Source: an uncultured Candidatus Saccharibacteria bacterium (GTDB lineage Bacteria > Patescibacteriota > Minisyncoccia > Phycocordibacterales > CAYRGE01). From it: 36,992 nucleotides of DNA. This document shows positions 25,752 to 34,625 of this stretch, piece by piece. Below the pieces are notes generated by a model. It was not told where the DNA came from. It did not search any database and worked only from the letters and a program-made list of their open reading frames with translations. How positions within the stretch are numbered: the stretch's first letter is position 1; every line of letters starts with the position of its first letter. The stretch covers positions 1 through 36,992 of the forward strand of contig CAYRGE010000001.1 of NCBI GenBank assembly GCA_964423985.1, read 5' to 3'. The translations under genes were made by a program, and so were the position numbers.

Positions 25752-27695
25752 CTAAATTCCTAATAACACTGGAAGTACAATAGGGCGTTTTGCAGTTTGT
25801 TGCAGTAGATATTTTTCAACATCGTTTGTAACACGCTTTTTAATTGAATCAAAGTCTATTGGTGTTGAATTTTTAGACATATTCTCTATTGATTTTTTAG
25901 TTATATATCGTGCTTGTCTTAATAAGTCTTGTGATTCTCTTAAGTATACAAAACCTCTTGAAATTATATCTGGCGATTTTCGTAACTGTCTTGTACGCAT
26001 ATCAATAATAGCAATAATAACAAATATACCATCTTGTGCCAGCATTTGCCTATCTCGTAAGACAACTTCTTGTACACCACCAACAGAAAGCCCATCAACT
26101 ACAATCATTTCACTCGGTGCTCGCTCTTTTAGTACGTTAATTTTAGAGCCGTTTTCACTTGTTTCAATCACCATTCCATTGTCTGGAATAATAATATCCT
26201 TTTTTTGCATTCCAACTCGCCTTGCAACCTCCGCATGTTCGCGAAGCATTGAATGATATCCAAATGCTGGCATAAAAAACTTTGGATTTATTTTCTTTAT
26301 AAACCAAGCAAGCTCTTCTTGTGTTGCATGTCCTGTTGAGTGAACATCACTCGTTTTGTAGGTGATAATTTTTACTCCATGCCTACAAAGATTGTCTTTT
26401 AATTTCCTAACACTAAGTTCATTCCCTGGGACAACAGAAGAAGATAGAATTATAGTATCCCGTTCAGTTAATCGTATGTACTTATGTTGCTTTCTTGTAA
26501 TCCTAGAAAGAGTTGCAAATTCTTCTCCCTGTGCTCCTGTTGCAATTATTACAATTGAGTCAGGCGGGTAATTATCAATTTCAGAGATACTTACAAGTGT
26601 GTTTGTTTGTATTTTTAAGAGCCCAGCTTTTTTTGCCACTTCAATATTTGTTTTAATACTTCTGCCGTCGGTGATAACTTTTTTATTGTATTTTTCGCAA
26701 ATTTCTATAATTTTAATCATTCGCTGAAATTGCGATGCGAAGGTTCCAATAATAAGTCTTTCTGGTGCTGTCTTGATAATTTGTTCAAGGTTTTTTTGTA
26801 TAACTTGTTCTGTAATAGAAAAACCTGGTTGCTCTGCATTTGTTGAGTCCGCAATAAATAATATGTTTTTTTCTTTTCCAAGCTCACTCCATATATCCTC
26901 CTCTTTTTTTACCGCTACTCCATCAACATGTTCAAGTTTAAGGTCACCAGTGATTATTACATTACCTTCTGGAGATTCAAAAACGATACCCATTGAATCT
27001 GGAATAGAATGAGTGACAGAAAAAAATTTTACTGATAAATCATTAAAGGAAATTCTCTCATTAGGTTTAACTATCTTATAATCAATTTCAGGCAAGTCAG
27101 GGAATTCTGTTTGGCGTTTTTTGATTAAAAGAGAGGTGAGTTCCATTGTGTAGATTGGAGGATTTCCTAATCGTTCTATCATATAGGGAATTCCACCAAT
27201 ATGATCAAGGTGTCCATGTGTTATAATAAGTCCTCTAATTTTGTCCTTTCGCTCTTCTAGATATTTTGTATTTGGAAGAATATAGTCAATTCCAGGAGAA
27301 TCTTCTTCATTTACAAACTGAAAACCAGCATCTACTATAAGGATATCGTTTCCATATTCAAAGGCATACATATTTCTTCCAACTTCCTCAACACCACCAA
27401 GAGGGATTACCCTGAAATTTCCTTTCGCAAGATCTGGGATTATTACGGGTTTCTTTTTTTGAGCGACAGCAGTATTTCGGCGTTTTGTTTGTGTGCCAAA
27501 AGAACCAGAGCGGCTGTTTTGTTTTTGAGAGCTTCTTTTATTAAAGTTATTTTTAGTTTGCATATTTTGTGAATTTCTTTTTATTGTTTTATTTATAATT
27601 TCTGTTTTAAGATTATGCGATGCGTTCTTGTTTTGCGTTGCTTCGTTGTGGTCGGCAAAGCCATTGTGGTTATTCTTGAATGTCTTTATATTCAT
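25752..27695 (-). CDS. rnj: Ribonuclease J with N-terminal low-complexity extension
   Basis: 647 aa. The canonical start-like segment RVIPLGGVEEVGRNM appears only after about 90 N/K/Q/S-rich residues. It has the metallo-beta-lactamase motif ITHGHLDHIGG, a beta-CASP region and an RNase J C-terminal domain. Confidence 0.9.
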   Translation of the reverse strand: MNIKTFKNNHNGFADHNEATQNKNASHNLKTEIINKTIKRNSQNMQTKNNFNKRSSQKQNSRSGSFGTQTKRRNTAVAQKKKPVIIPDLAKGNFRVIPLGGVEEVGRNMYAFEYGNDILIVDAGFQFVNEEDSPGIDYILPNTKYLEERKDKIRGLIITHGHLDHIGGIPYMIERLGNPPIYTMELTSLLIKKRQTEFPDLPEIDYKIVKPNERISFNDLSVKFFSVTHSIPDSMGIVFESPEGNVIITGDLKLEHVDGVAVKKEEDIWSELGKEKNILFIADSTNAEQPGFSITEQVIQKNLEQIIKTAPERLIIGTFASQFQRMIKIIEICEKYNKKVITDGRSIKTNIEVAKKAGLLKIQTNTLVSISEIDNYPPDSIVIIATGAQGEEFATLSRITRKQHKYIRLTERDTIILSSSVVPGNELSVRKLKDNLCRHGVKIITYKTSDVHSTGHATQEELAWFIKKINPKFFMPAFGYHSMLREHAEVARRVGMQKKDIIIPDNGMVIETSENGSKINVLKERAPSEMIVVDGLSVGGVQEVVLRDRQMLAQDGIFVIIAIIDMRTRQLRKSPDIISRGFVYLRESQDLLRQARYITKKSIENMSKNSTPIDFDSIKKRVTNDVEKYLLQQTAKRPIVLPVLLGI

Positions 27696-27752
27696 TTAAA
27701 AATGGTTTAGTTTAATAAAAGCTTGTTTTTAATTCTAAAAATTGAAAATAGC

Positions 27753-27785
27753 CCCTAGGGATTTTATATTATAAAATCCCTAGGG
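27753..27785 (-). terminator. Perfect 15-bp hairpin; probable terminator of the SBP gene
   Basis: ccctagggattttat (27753-27767) / ataaaatccctaggg (27771-27785) with a 3-nt loop, 11 nt downstream of the minus-strand stop at 27796. The trailing U-tract is weak (gctattttcaattttt on the minus strand). Confidence 0.5.
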
Positions 27786-27795
27786 TTAGTAATTT

Positions 27796-29598
27796 TTATC
27801 TTGTGAAGAATTTCCAAACACTGTTTGTATCCATATACCACTTGTGTATATTTGCAAATCTTTCGTAAGGTGCGGATATTGTATCTATTCCAAATACATT
27901 TATATTTTTTGGAAGTACATAGATAAAACTGGGTGCATATAAAAATATAGCAGGGATGTCGTTTGCTATCTGCTCTGTAAACGATTCGTATTTAACTATT
28001 CTTGCATCCACCTCTGTTGTTTTTCGTGCTTCTTCAAGAATTGTGTCAACTGCAATGTTTGTGTAAAGAGAAATGTTTAAACCAGGATCAAGTCGCTGTG
28101 AAGAGTGCCAAAAAGCAAATGGATCAGAATCTCTGCCTATTATTTTTCCAAATAAAAGCGCATCATACTCTCTTGGTCGGATAACGGACTGGTTTAAGTT
28201 TTCGTGTTCAAATACTTCCACCTCGACAAGTATGCCAATTTCACGCCACATATACTGAAGTAATTTTGCTGTCTTTTTTAACTCAGGAACTATTGATGTT
28301 GAGACAGTAAAACCAAGATTTTCTCCATCAGAATTGGTTCGGATTTTAGTCTCGTCATTTAATTTCCAGCCACTTTCGTCAAGGAGTTCACCAGCTAACA
28401 CAAGTTGTTCTTTTTTTGTAGAAACAAAAGTTTTAGGAGGTGTGTATCCAATAGAACCAGGTGGTATTGGTCCGTCTATCATTGTTCCATATCCGTAAAG
28501 AACCTCATTTATTATTTTTTGCTTGTCAACAGATAAATTTAATGCTTTGCGTATTTTATCACTAGCAAAAATATCCGCATTGTTTTGATTAAAAAATAAA
28601 CCAAATATACGAGGAAGTGCAGAGCTTTCAACTCGGTAACCTTTCTCGACTAAAGTTTTTCCCGAGACAGGAGATACTGAACCCATACTCACTATATCAC
28701 CCTTTTCAAATGCTTGTATGAGTTGTTCTTCGTTTGGATAAAATAATAGCTCAATTCTCCGCAAATTAGGCTCTCCAAGAGCAAAATATTTAAATGGTCT
28801 TAGTGTGTATGATATCGGTATACCACCATCGTCTTTTTTTATACGAGAAACCTTATATGGACCAGATCCAATAGGGTTTGTATTTAACTTGCTTAGTGCA
28901 AATTGTTCTGTCGTCACCTTATTCCAGAGATGATATGGAAGAATTCCCAATACTGTATTTTCAAGAAAAGGAGCATATGGTTTATTCAACACAAACTGTA
29001 TTGTTTTATCATCTATTTTTTCTACAATTACACCATCCCAATTTGCTCGCCTAGGACTTCGTAGTTCAGTGTTTTGTGCTAGTGACACCGTAAACACAAT
29101 ATCTTTAGCGGTTATTGGTGTTTTGTCATGCCAAACCAAATTGTCTTTAAGTGTAAAAGTATATATAAGTCCATCATCTGATATTCTGTATGATTTTGCT
29201 AGGTCTGGCATAAGTATCCCATCTACAGATACACGCATAAGACCAGAATAAACGAGCATTGTTAAATCACGATCAGCGTTTGAATTTGCGAGAATAGGAT
29301 TAATAAAACGCGGAGAACCAATAATTCCTTCAGTAAGTGTTCCTCCATGGCTGGGAACAACTATACGGTGCTTGTTGCTTACTGTCAATACAAGAATAAA
29401 TGCACTTATTATAAAAACAATAATTAGCAAAGATAAAATAAAACGATTTTTATAATCAAGTTTTTTTATCGCCACAGAAACACCAACCTGTGTTGAGAGT
29501 GTGTATTTTCGCTCTACCAACAAATAGACAACTTTTTTAATTAATTTCATGAGAATTAAGGCGTTGCTCAAGGAATTATTTTTGGTGTTATAAAACAC
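27796..29598 (-). CDS. ABC transporter substrate-binding protein, family 5 (peptide/nickel type), membrane-anchored
   Basis: About 584-600 aa. The track start at 29598 is GTG, and ATG at 29550 (MKLIKK) is an alternative. It has an N-terminal TM anchor followed by a family-5 SBP-like body (GGTLTEGIIGSPRFINPI..., GPYKV, WHS). No permease or ATPase genes are adjacent. Confidence 0.7.
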   Translation of the reverse strand: MFYNTKNNSLSNALILMKLIKKVVYLLVERKYTLSTQVGVSVAIKKLDYKNRFILSLLIIVFIISAFILVLTVSNKHRIVVPSHGGTLTEGIIGSPRFINPILANSNADRDLTMLVYSGLMRVSVDGILMPDLAKSYRISDDGLIYTFTLKDNLVWHDKTPITAKDIVFTVSLAQNTELRSPRRANWDGVIVEKIDDKTIQFVLNKPYAPFLENTVLGILPYHLWNKVTTEQFALSKLNTNPIGSGPYKVSRIKKDDGGIPISYTLRPFKYFALGEPNLRRIELLFYPNEEQLIQAFEKGDIVSMGSVSPVSGKTLVEKGYRVESSALPRIFGLFFNQNNADIFASDKIRKALNLSVDKQKIINEVLYGYGTMIDGPIPPGSIGYTPPKTFVSTKKEQLVLAGELLDESGWKLNDETKIRTNSDGENLGFTVSTSIVPELKKTAKLLQYMWREIGILVEVEVFEHENLNQSVIRPREYDALLFGKIIGRDSDPFAFWHSSQRLDPGLNISLYTNIAVDTILEEARKTTEVDARIVKYESFTEQIANDIPAIFLYAPSFIYVLPKNINVFGIDTISAPYERFANIHKWYMDTNSVWKFFTR

Positions 29599-29629
29599 TA
29601 AAAAATTACAATAGCTACAAAATTTTTAT

Positions 29630-29860
29630 TTATATTATGAGAGGTAAGAACACAGAAAAAGAAAACAATATAGCAATTATAATTGTAAGCTGAAATAAGA
29701 TTTTTTCTGCTCCGCGTCTAGTGTGGTTTATTGTGTCTTCGCTTCCACCACCAAATGCACCACCAGCACCAGCACTGCTTTGTTGAAATAATATTACGAT
29801 AACAAGTATCACTGAAAGTGATACTTGAATCCACGGTAATGAGTTTGTGAGTAATTCCAT
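29630..29860 (-). CDS. secG: Preprotein translocase subunit SecG
   Basis: 76 aa from ATG at 29860; the track start is TTG two codons upstream. It has two TM helices flanking the Gly-rich loop SSAGAGGAFGGGS typical of SecG. Confidence 0.75.
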   Translation of the reverse strand: MELLTNSLPWIQVSLSVILVIVILFQQSSAGAGGAFGGGSEDTINHTRRGAEKILFQLTIIIAILFSFSVFLPLII

Positions 29861-29911
29861 AAACAAAGATTATTATATCAGGAGTTTCATAAAATACAAT
29901 AGCTTTTATTA

Positions 29912-29944
29912 ACACATATAAAATATGGTATATTTTATATGTGT
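29912..29944. other. Perfect 15-bp AT-rich inverted repeat
   Basis: acacatataaaatat (29912-29926) / atattttatatgtgt (29930-29944) with loop ggt. It lies about 50 nt upstream of the secG start on the minus strand and about 50 nt upstream of the ABC remnant on the plus strand. Confidence 0.6.
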
Positions 29945-29994
29945 ATGAGGGAAATAAAATAATAGTTTAAAAATGGAAAAGAAACAAAAATTAA

Positions 29995-30159
29995 ATATAC
30001 AATATAGTAATAATACACAGGTTTTCATCAACTCAAGATAAAGACTGTATTGTCGTCGTCAATAGTGGCGTAGTTGCTGAACAAGGGGAACACAAAGAAC
30101 TTCTTGAAAAGAATGGAATTTATGCAGAGCTATGGAAATTACAAGTAGGTGGTTTTTGA
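29995..30159 (+). pseudogene. C-terminal remnant of an ABC exporter ATPase (MsbA-like tail)
   Basis: The frame has no start. It reads IVIIHRFSSTQDKDCIVVVNSGVVAEQGEHKELLEKNGIYAELWKLQVGGF*. This matches the H-loop-to-C-terminus pattern (t.iiiaHRLsti.nad.I.vl..G.i.E.G.H.eLl...G.Y..lw..Q). Everything upstream (TMD, Walker A/B) is absent. Confidence 0.7.
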
Positions 30160-30369
30160 AATGAATAAACAGCAGAGATATTGCTTTAAGTGTTTGTTGT
30201 TTGTTATAATTCTATTTAATAAAAAGGGTGTACATTTTTTATGTAGGCGTAGTGTTGTTGGGTAGGCGAAAATAGTTGATATTTTGTTTTTTGCAAATAT
30301 GATAAAAATAAAGATGTTGCATAGATAAGGCTGTAGTTAAGGTTTTTATGTGTTAATTAATTAAAAAAT

Positions 30370-32793
30370 ATGAGCCACCAAGCACTCGTGCAAATAAACA
30401 AAAAGAAAAACGAATCTATACAACAGGCGTCAACAGCGTTGAAAGACATAAATACAAAAAAACAAAACAGAAAAACACCTAAATATTCTTTTTTTGACAA
30501 AATATCTTATGCAACTCTATTTTTCTTAATGGCATTATTGCCTGTTTTTGTTTTGTCGCAAGAACTAAACTTGCAGATAGGGATTAGTAAAATAATACTA
30601 CTTTCTTTTGGTGTAGTAATAGCGCTCATTTTTTGGTTAATTGGGCGTTTTAGGGATGGTGTTGTTGTATTACCTAAAAGTTGGATCTTGGGTATCGGTG
30701 GGCTACTTGCGGTCACATTTTTAATATCAGCTCTTTTTTCTGTAACACCAGAGATGTCTTTAATGGGGTTGATAATGGAAACAGGGACAGCAAGCTCCAT
30801 CTTTACTTTAGTGTTCTTAATGGCTTTAGCTAGTTTATATTTTCAGAAAGAAGGAAGATCGATATATTTTTATACAATATTATTGTTATTGAGCTTCGTG
30901 TTGTTTTTTTATCAGATATTTCGCACATTAATAATAGTTGAGGTTTTTCCACCAGAATGGATAGCAAAAATACCACAAAATCTTTTTGGAGAATGGAATG
31001 ATCTAGCTGTATTTTTTGCACTCACTGCACTCCTTGTGTCGCCTGCTCTTGATATTTTGCGTTCTCGAATAATTATAAAAATTATTCTTTATTTATCGCT
31101 TGCAATTTCTCTTTTGAGTATGTTGGTAATTAGCTTTTTCATAGGTTGGGTTGTATTGGGGATAATTTCCCTGATTGCTGTTGTGTATATATTGTTATTT
31201 AAGGAGGAAAACAAGAAATACAGATTGCCAATTGCTTCGCTTATTGTACTTATTGTCTCTTTATTTGCTATTGCAATGCATAGCCCAATAAATGATTTCT
31301 CATCTAAACATACTGGAATTCCACAAGAAACATTACATCCAAGCTGGACAGAAACACTTGTTGTTGCAGAGCATACATTAAGAGAAAGTCCTGTGTTGGG
31401 TGCTGGACCAAACAGGTTTGCTGCACAATGGGCATTATTCAAGCCAACGAGTGTAAATGATTCGCAATTTTGGATGTTGGATTTTGATTTTGGTGCAGGT
31501 GTCATACCTACTTTTGGTATAACTACTGGTTTATTGGGTTTATTGGTCTTTTGCTTGTTTGTAGCCGTATATTTAAGGTCTGGAGTGCGTGCTTTGTTTT
31601 ATACAAACAAAGATATGTTTATGCAATACAGACTATTGTCTGCTTTTTTGGCGTCATTCTTTTTGTGGATTATATTATTTGTTTATGTTGCAAATATTGT
31701 AATTCTAGGACTTGCATTTTTTATTACAGGCATATTTATAGCTGAGCTTGTTAATGCAAAAATAATCAATAACAAACAATTTTTTCTGTCCAGGAAAACA
31801 CGTAAGGGGTTCGCTTCTTTGGTGTTTTTGATTTTAGTAATGATTGTTATTGTTGTGTGGAGTTTTTTTATGGTTCAAAAATCTACAGCAATTTTTTATG
31901 TACAAAAAAGTTTTAACACAGAAAATATAGCAGAAGCACAGGAATTAATGTCAATAGCAGTGTTTGTTGATTCAAGTGATGTTTTCTACAGAAGAATATC
32001 TGAGTTATATATGCTCAACGCTCAAGGAGTTCTGAGTGATGAAAAATTAAGCCAAGAGGAGGTGCGAAATCAATTTCAACTGAATACTTCAAATGCCATT
32101 AGAAATGCACTTAAGGCTCGCGATAAGAATCCATTAAATTATCAAAACCTACTTACCTTAGGATCTCATTATCAAGCACTTGGAGAAGCTGGCCTATCTG
32201 AAGGATATAAAAATGCCAGAGAGTCATATAAACTAGCTCAACTATTAAATCCTAATAATCCTAATATCCCACTATTGTTGGCGCACATCGCATGGAGAGA
32301 GGGCGACATAGAGCTTTCTAGAAAATATATAGAGCGTTCACTTTTTTTAAAAGATGATTTTGTGCAGGCATTTTTTCTGCTTTCTCAAATTGAAGCAAGT
32401 AAAGGTAATTTACGCGAAGCAATCATTGCCGCAGAGTCTGTGACAATAGCCTTACCTAATGATGCTAGGGCATTTTTTCAACTAGGACTTCTTAATTATC
32501 AGGATAATAACTATGAGAATGCCATCATCTCGCTAGAGAGGTCTGTTGCTTTGCAACCTAATTATTCAAATGCAAAATATTTTTTAGGGCTTAGTTATAA
32601 TAGGGTTGGCAGAAAAGAAGAAGCAGTAATTCAAATTGAAGGCGTATTTAGATTAAACCCAAACAACGAAGAGGTAAGTACTGTGCTAAAGAAGATGATA
32701 GAAGGGGAAGATATCTTTGTAGGAGATCTAAAAAATGAAGAGAGTTCTGTAGATTCTGAAAGGCTGATAACAGATGAAGTGAGTCCTAATTAA
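30370..32793 (+). CDS. O-antigen ligase/polymerase-like polytopic membrane protein fused to C-terminal TPR repeats
   Basis: 807 aa with at least 10 hydrophobic helices. A periplasmic-loop segment RESPVLGAGPNRFAAQW resembles the Wzy_C/O-antigen ligase G.G.g.F motif. The C-terminal 250 aa or so contain TPR-like repeats (e.g. AFFQLGLLNYQDNNYENAIISLERSVALQPNYSNAKYFLGLSY). Confidence 0.6.
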   Translation: MSHQALVQINKKKNESIQQASTALKDINTKKQNRKTPKYSFFDKISYATLFFLMALLPVFVLSQELNLQIGISKIILLSFGVVIALIFWLIGRFRDGVVVLPKSWILGIGGLLAVTFLISALFSVTPEMSLMGLIMETGTASSIFTLVFLMALASLYFQKEGRSIYFYTILLLLSFVLFFYQIFRTLIIVEVFPPEWIAKIPQNLFGEWNDLAVFFALTALLVSPALDILRSRIIIKIILYLSLAISLLSMLVISFFIGWVVLGIISLIAVVYILLFKEENKKYRLPIASLIVLIVSLFAIAMHSPINDFSSKHTGIPQETLHPSWTETLVVAEHTLRESPVLGAGPNRFAAQWALFKPTSVNDSQFWMLDFDFGAGVIPTFGITTGLLGLLVFCLFVAVYLRSGVRALFYTNKDMFMQYRLLSAFLASFFLWIILFVYVANIVILGLAFFITGIFIAELVNAKIINNKQFFLSRKTRKGFASLVFLILVMIVIVVWSFFMVQKSTAIFYVQKSFNTENIAEAQELMSIAVFVDSSDVFYRRISELYMLNAQGVLSDEKLSQEEVRNQFQLNTSNAIRNALKARDKNPLNYQNLLTLGSHYQALGEAGLSEGYKNARESYKLAQLLNPNNPNIPLLLAHIAWREGDIELSRKYIERSLFLKDDFVQAFFLLSQIEASKGNLREAIIAAESVTIALPNDARAFFQLGLLNYQDNNYENAIISLERSVALQPNYSNAKYFLGLSYNRVGRKEEAVIQIEGVFRLNPNNEEVSTVLKKMIEGEDIFVGDLKNEESSVDSERLITDEVSPN

Positions 32794-32805
32794 TAACACC
32801 CCGTA

Positions 32806-34485
32806 ATGGTTAGTAAAATCCTCCATATTTTTTATAAAGAAATCAACGGTCTACACCAAGCCGCTTTTGTTTTGGGTGCGTTTGCTCTTTTTTCGCAAAT
32901 ACTTGCACTTGTGCGAGATCGTATTTTTGCACACTCATTTGGAGCAGGCACAACCCTAGATCTTTATTATGCAGCCTTCCGTGTGCCAGACCTTTTGTTT
33001 GTGTCTATAGTTTCATTTGTTTCAATAACTGTTTTAATCCCATTTATAATAGAAAAATCTGGCAAGGGAATAGTTTTTACACAAAAATTCATAAATGATG
33101 TTTTTACTGTTTTTTTTGTTTCAATAATTTTTGTAAGTACTGTCATCTATGTATTTATGCCAGACATTGTGAGGGTATTGTTTGTTGGTTTTAGTGGTGA
33201 TGAGCAAGCGACATTGTCTTTAATGGCACAAATATTGCTTTTATCACCGATTCTTTTAGGTTTTTCGAATTTACTTGGTAGCATAACACAGGCATCAAAC
33301 AGGTTTTTTGTTTATGCCTTAAGTCCAATATTCTACAATCTAGGTATTATTTTTGGAGTATTGTTTTTGTATCCAACACTAGGTATCGTGGGTCTTGTAT
33401 ATGGTGTTGTTTTAGGTGCTCTTTTTCATGTTCTGGTTCAGATTCCAGTTGTTTTTAAAGAAAAACTAATTCCAAGATTTTCACTTAACATTAATTGGAC
33501 AGAAATGAAGCGAGTAATTGCTCTGTCTTTACCTCGTACATTAGGCCTCTCTTCTAAACACATTGCCTTGTTGGTGTTGTTTGGTATTGCTTCGACAATG
33601 GCAGAGGGCTCAGTTGCTGTATTTAATTTATCATTTAATCTTCAATCAGTGCCGTTGTCTATAATAGGAGTTAGCTATGCGGTGGCGACATTTCCAACAT
33701 TATCGCGCCTCTTTTCTAGCAACAATATTACTAAGTTTGTAAAAAATATATACACAGCAGCAAGACATATTATTTTTTGGACACTGCCTATTTTGGCTTT
33801 ATTTATTGTGCTTCGAGCACAGATTGTTCGTACAATATTAGGGTCGGGAGAGTTTACTTGGGCAGATACTCGTCTTACTGCGGCAGCGTTAGCGCTGTTT
33901 ATGGTCTCTTTGGTCGCTCAGTGTTTAGAGCTTTTATTTGTAAGGGGTTATTTTGCGGCTGGCAAAACAAGAACCCCTGTTATTATTAGCGTGTTTTCTG
34001 CGGCAAGCATAGTCGGATTTGCATATTTGTTAGTATTTTTATTTACAAACAATGATGTATTTAGATTTTTTATTGAATCACTTTTGCGCGTTGAGGGTAT
34101 TTCTGGAACAGCGATACTTATGTTGCCACTTGCGTTTTCAATAGGAACACTTCTGAATATTGCACTGCTGTTCGTGTTCTTTAAAAAGAGCTTTAGAATT
34201 ACAAACACATTCTTGCATGTAACATTCTGGAATAGCTTTGCTGGATCTGTCTTTATGGGGTTTTCTACCTATCAATCGCTTAAGATATTTGCACTTGTTT
34301 TTGATTTAAATACCTTCTGGGGAATATTTATGCAAGGATTTTTATCTGGAATTATTGGCATTGCCGTAGGGGTGTTTATGTTAAAATATATTATTAAGAG
34401 CAGAGAAATAAATGAAGTAATTAAGTCTATTCACGGAAGATTTTGGAAAGCAAGACCTCTTGCACCAGACAAAGAAAGTTTGTAG
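32806..34485 (+). CDS. murJ: Lipid II flippase MurJ (MviN family)
   Basis: 559 aa with about 14 TM helices. The N-terminal FALFSQILALVRDRIFAHSFGAG..LDLYYAAFRVPDLLF matches the MurJ signature region. Confidence 0.8.
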   Translation: MVSKILHIFYKEINGLHQAAFVLGAFALFSQILALVRDRIFAHSFGAGTTLDLYYAAFRVPDLLFVSIVSFVSITVLIPFIIEKSGKGIVFTQKFINDVFTVFFVSIIFVSTVIYVFMPDIVRVLFVGFSGDEQATLSLMAQILLLSPILLGFSNLLGSITQASNRFFVYALSPIFYNLGIIFGVLFLYPTLGIVGLVYGVVLGALFHVLVQIPVVFKEKLIPRFSLNINWTEMKRVIALSLPRTLGLSSKHIALLVLFGIASTMAEGSVAVFNLSFNLQSVPLSIIGVSYAVATFPTLSRLFSSNNITKFVKNIYTAARHIIFWTLPILALFIVLRAQIVRTILGSGEFTWADTRLTAAALALFMVSLVAQCLELLFVRGYFAAGKTRTPVIISVFSAASIVGFAYLLVFLFTNNDVFRFFIESLLRVEGISGTAILMLPLAFSIGTLLNIALLFVFFKKSFRITNTFLHVTFWNSFAGSVFMGFSTYQSLKIFALVFDLNTFWGIFMQGFLSGIIGIAVGVFMLKYIIKSREINEVIKSIHGRFWKARPLAPDKESL

Positions 34486-34625
34486 TCTGATTGCAGTTTG
34501 TTGACTAGCTTTTAAAATACACAACTTTTGTCTTACAAGATAAAGTTTTTAAAATCAAAATGTTGTTAGCTTGGTGTTGAGTCTAAATATAATACCAAGT
34601 ATTATGATATGCTTATAAAATAAAT

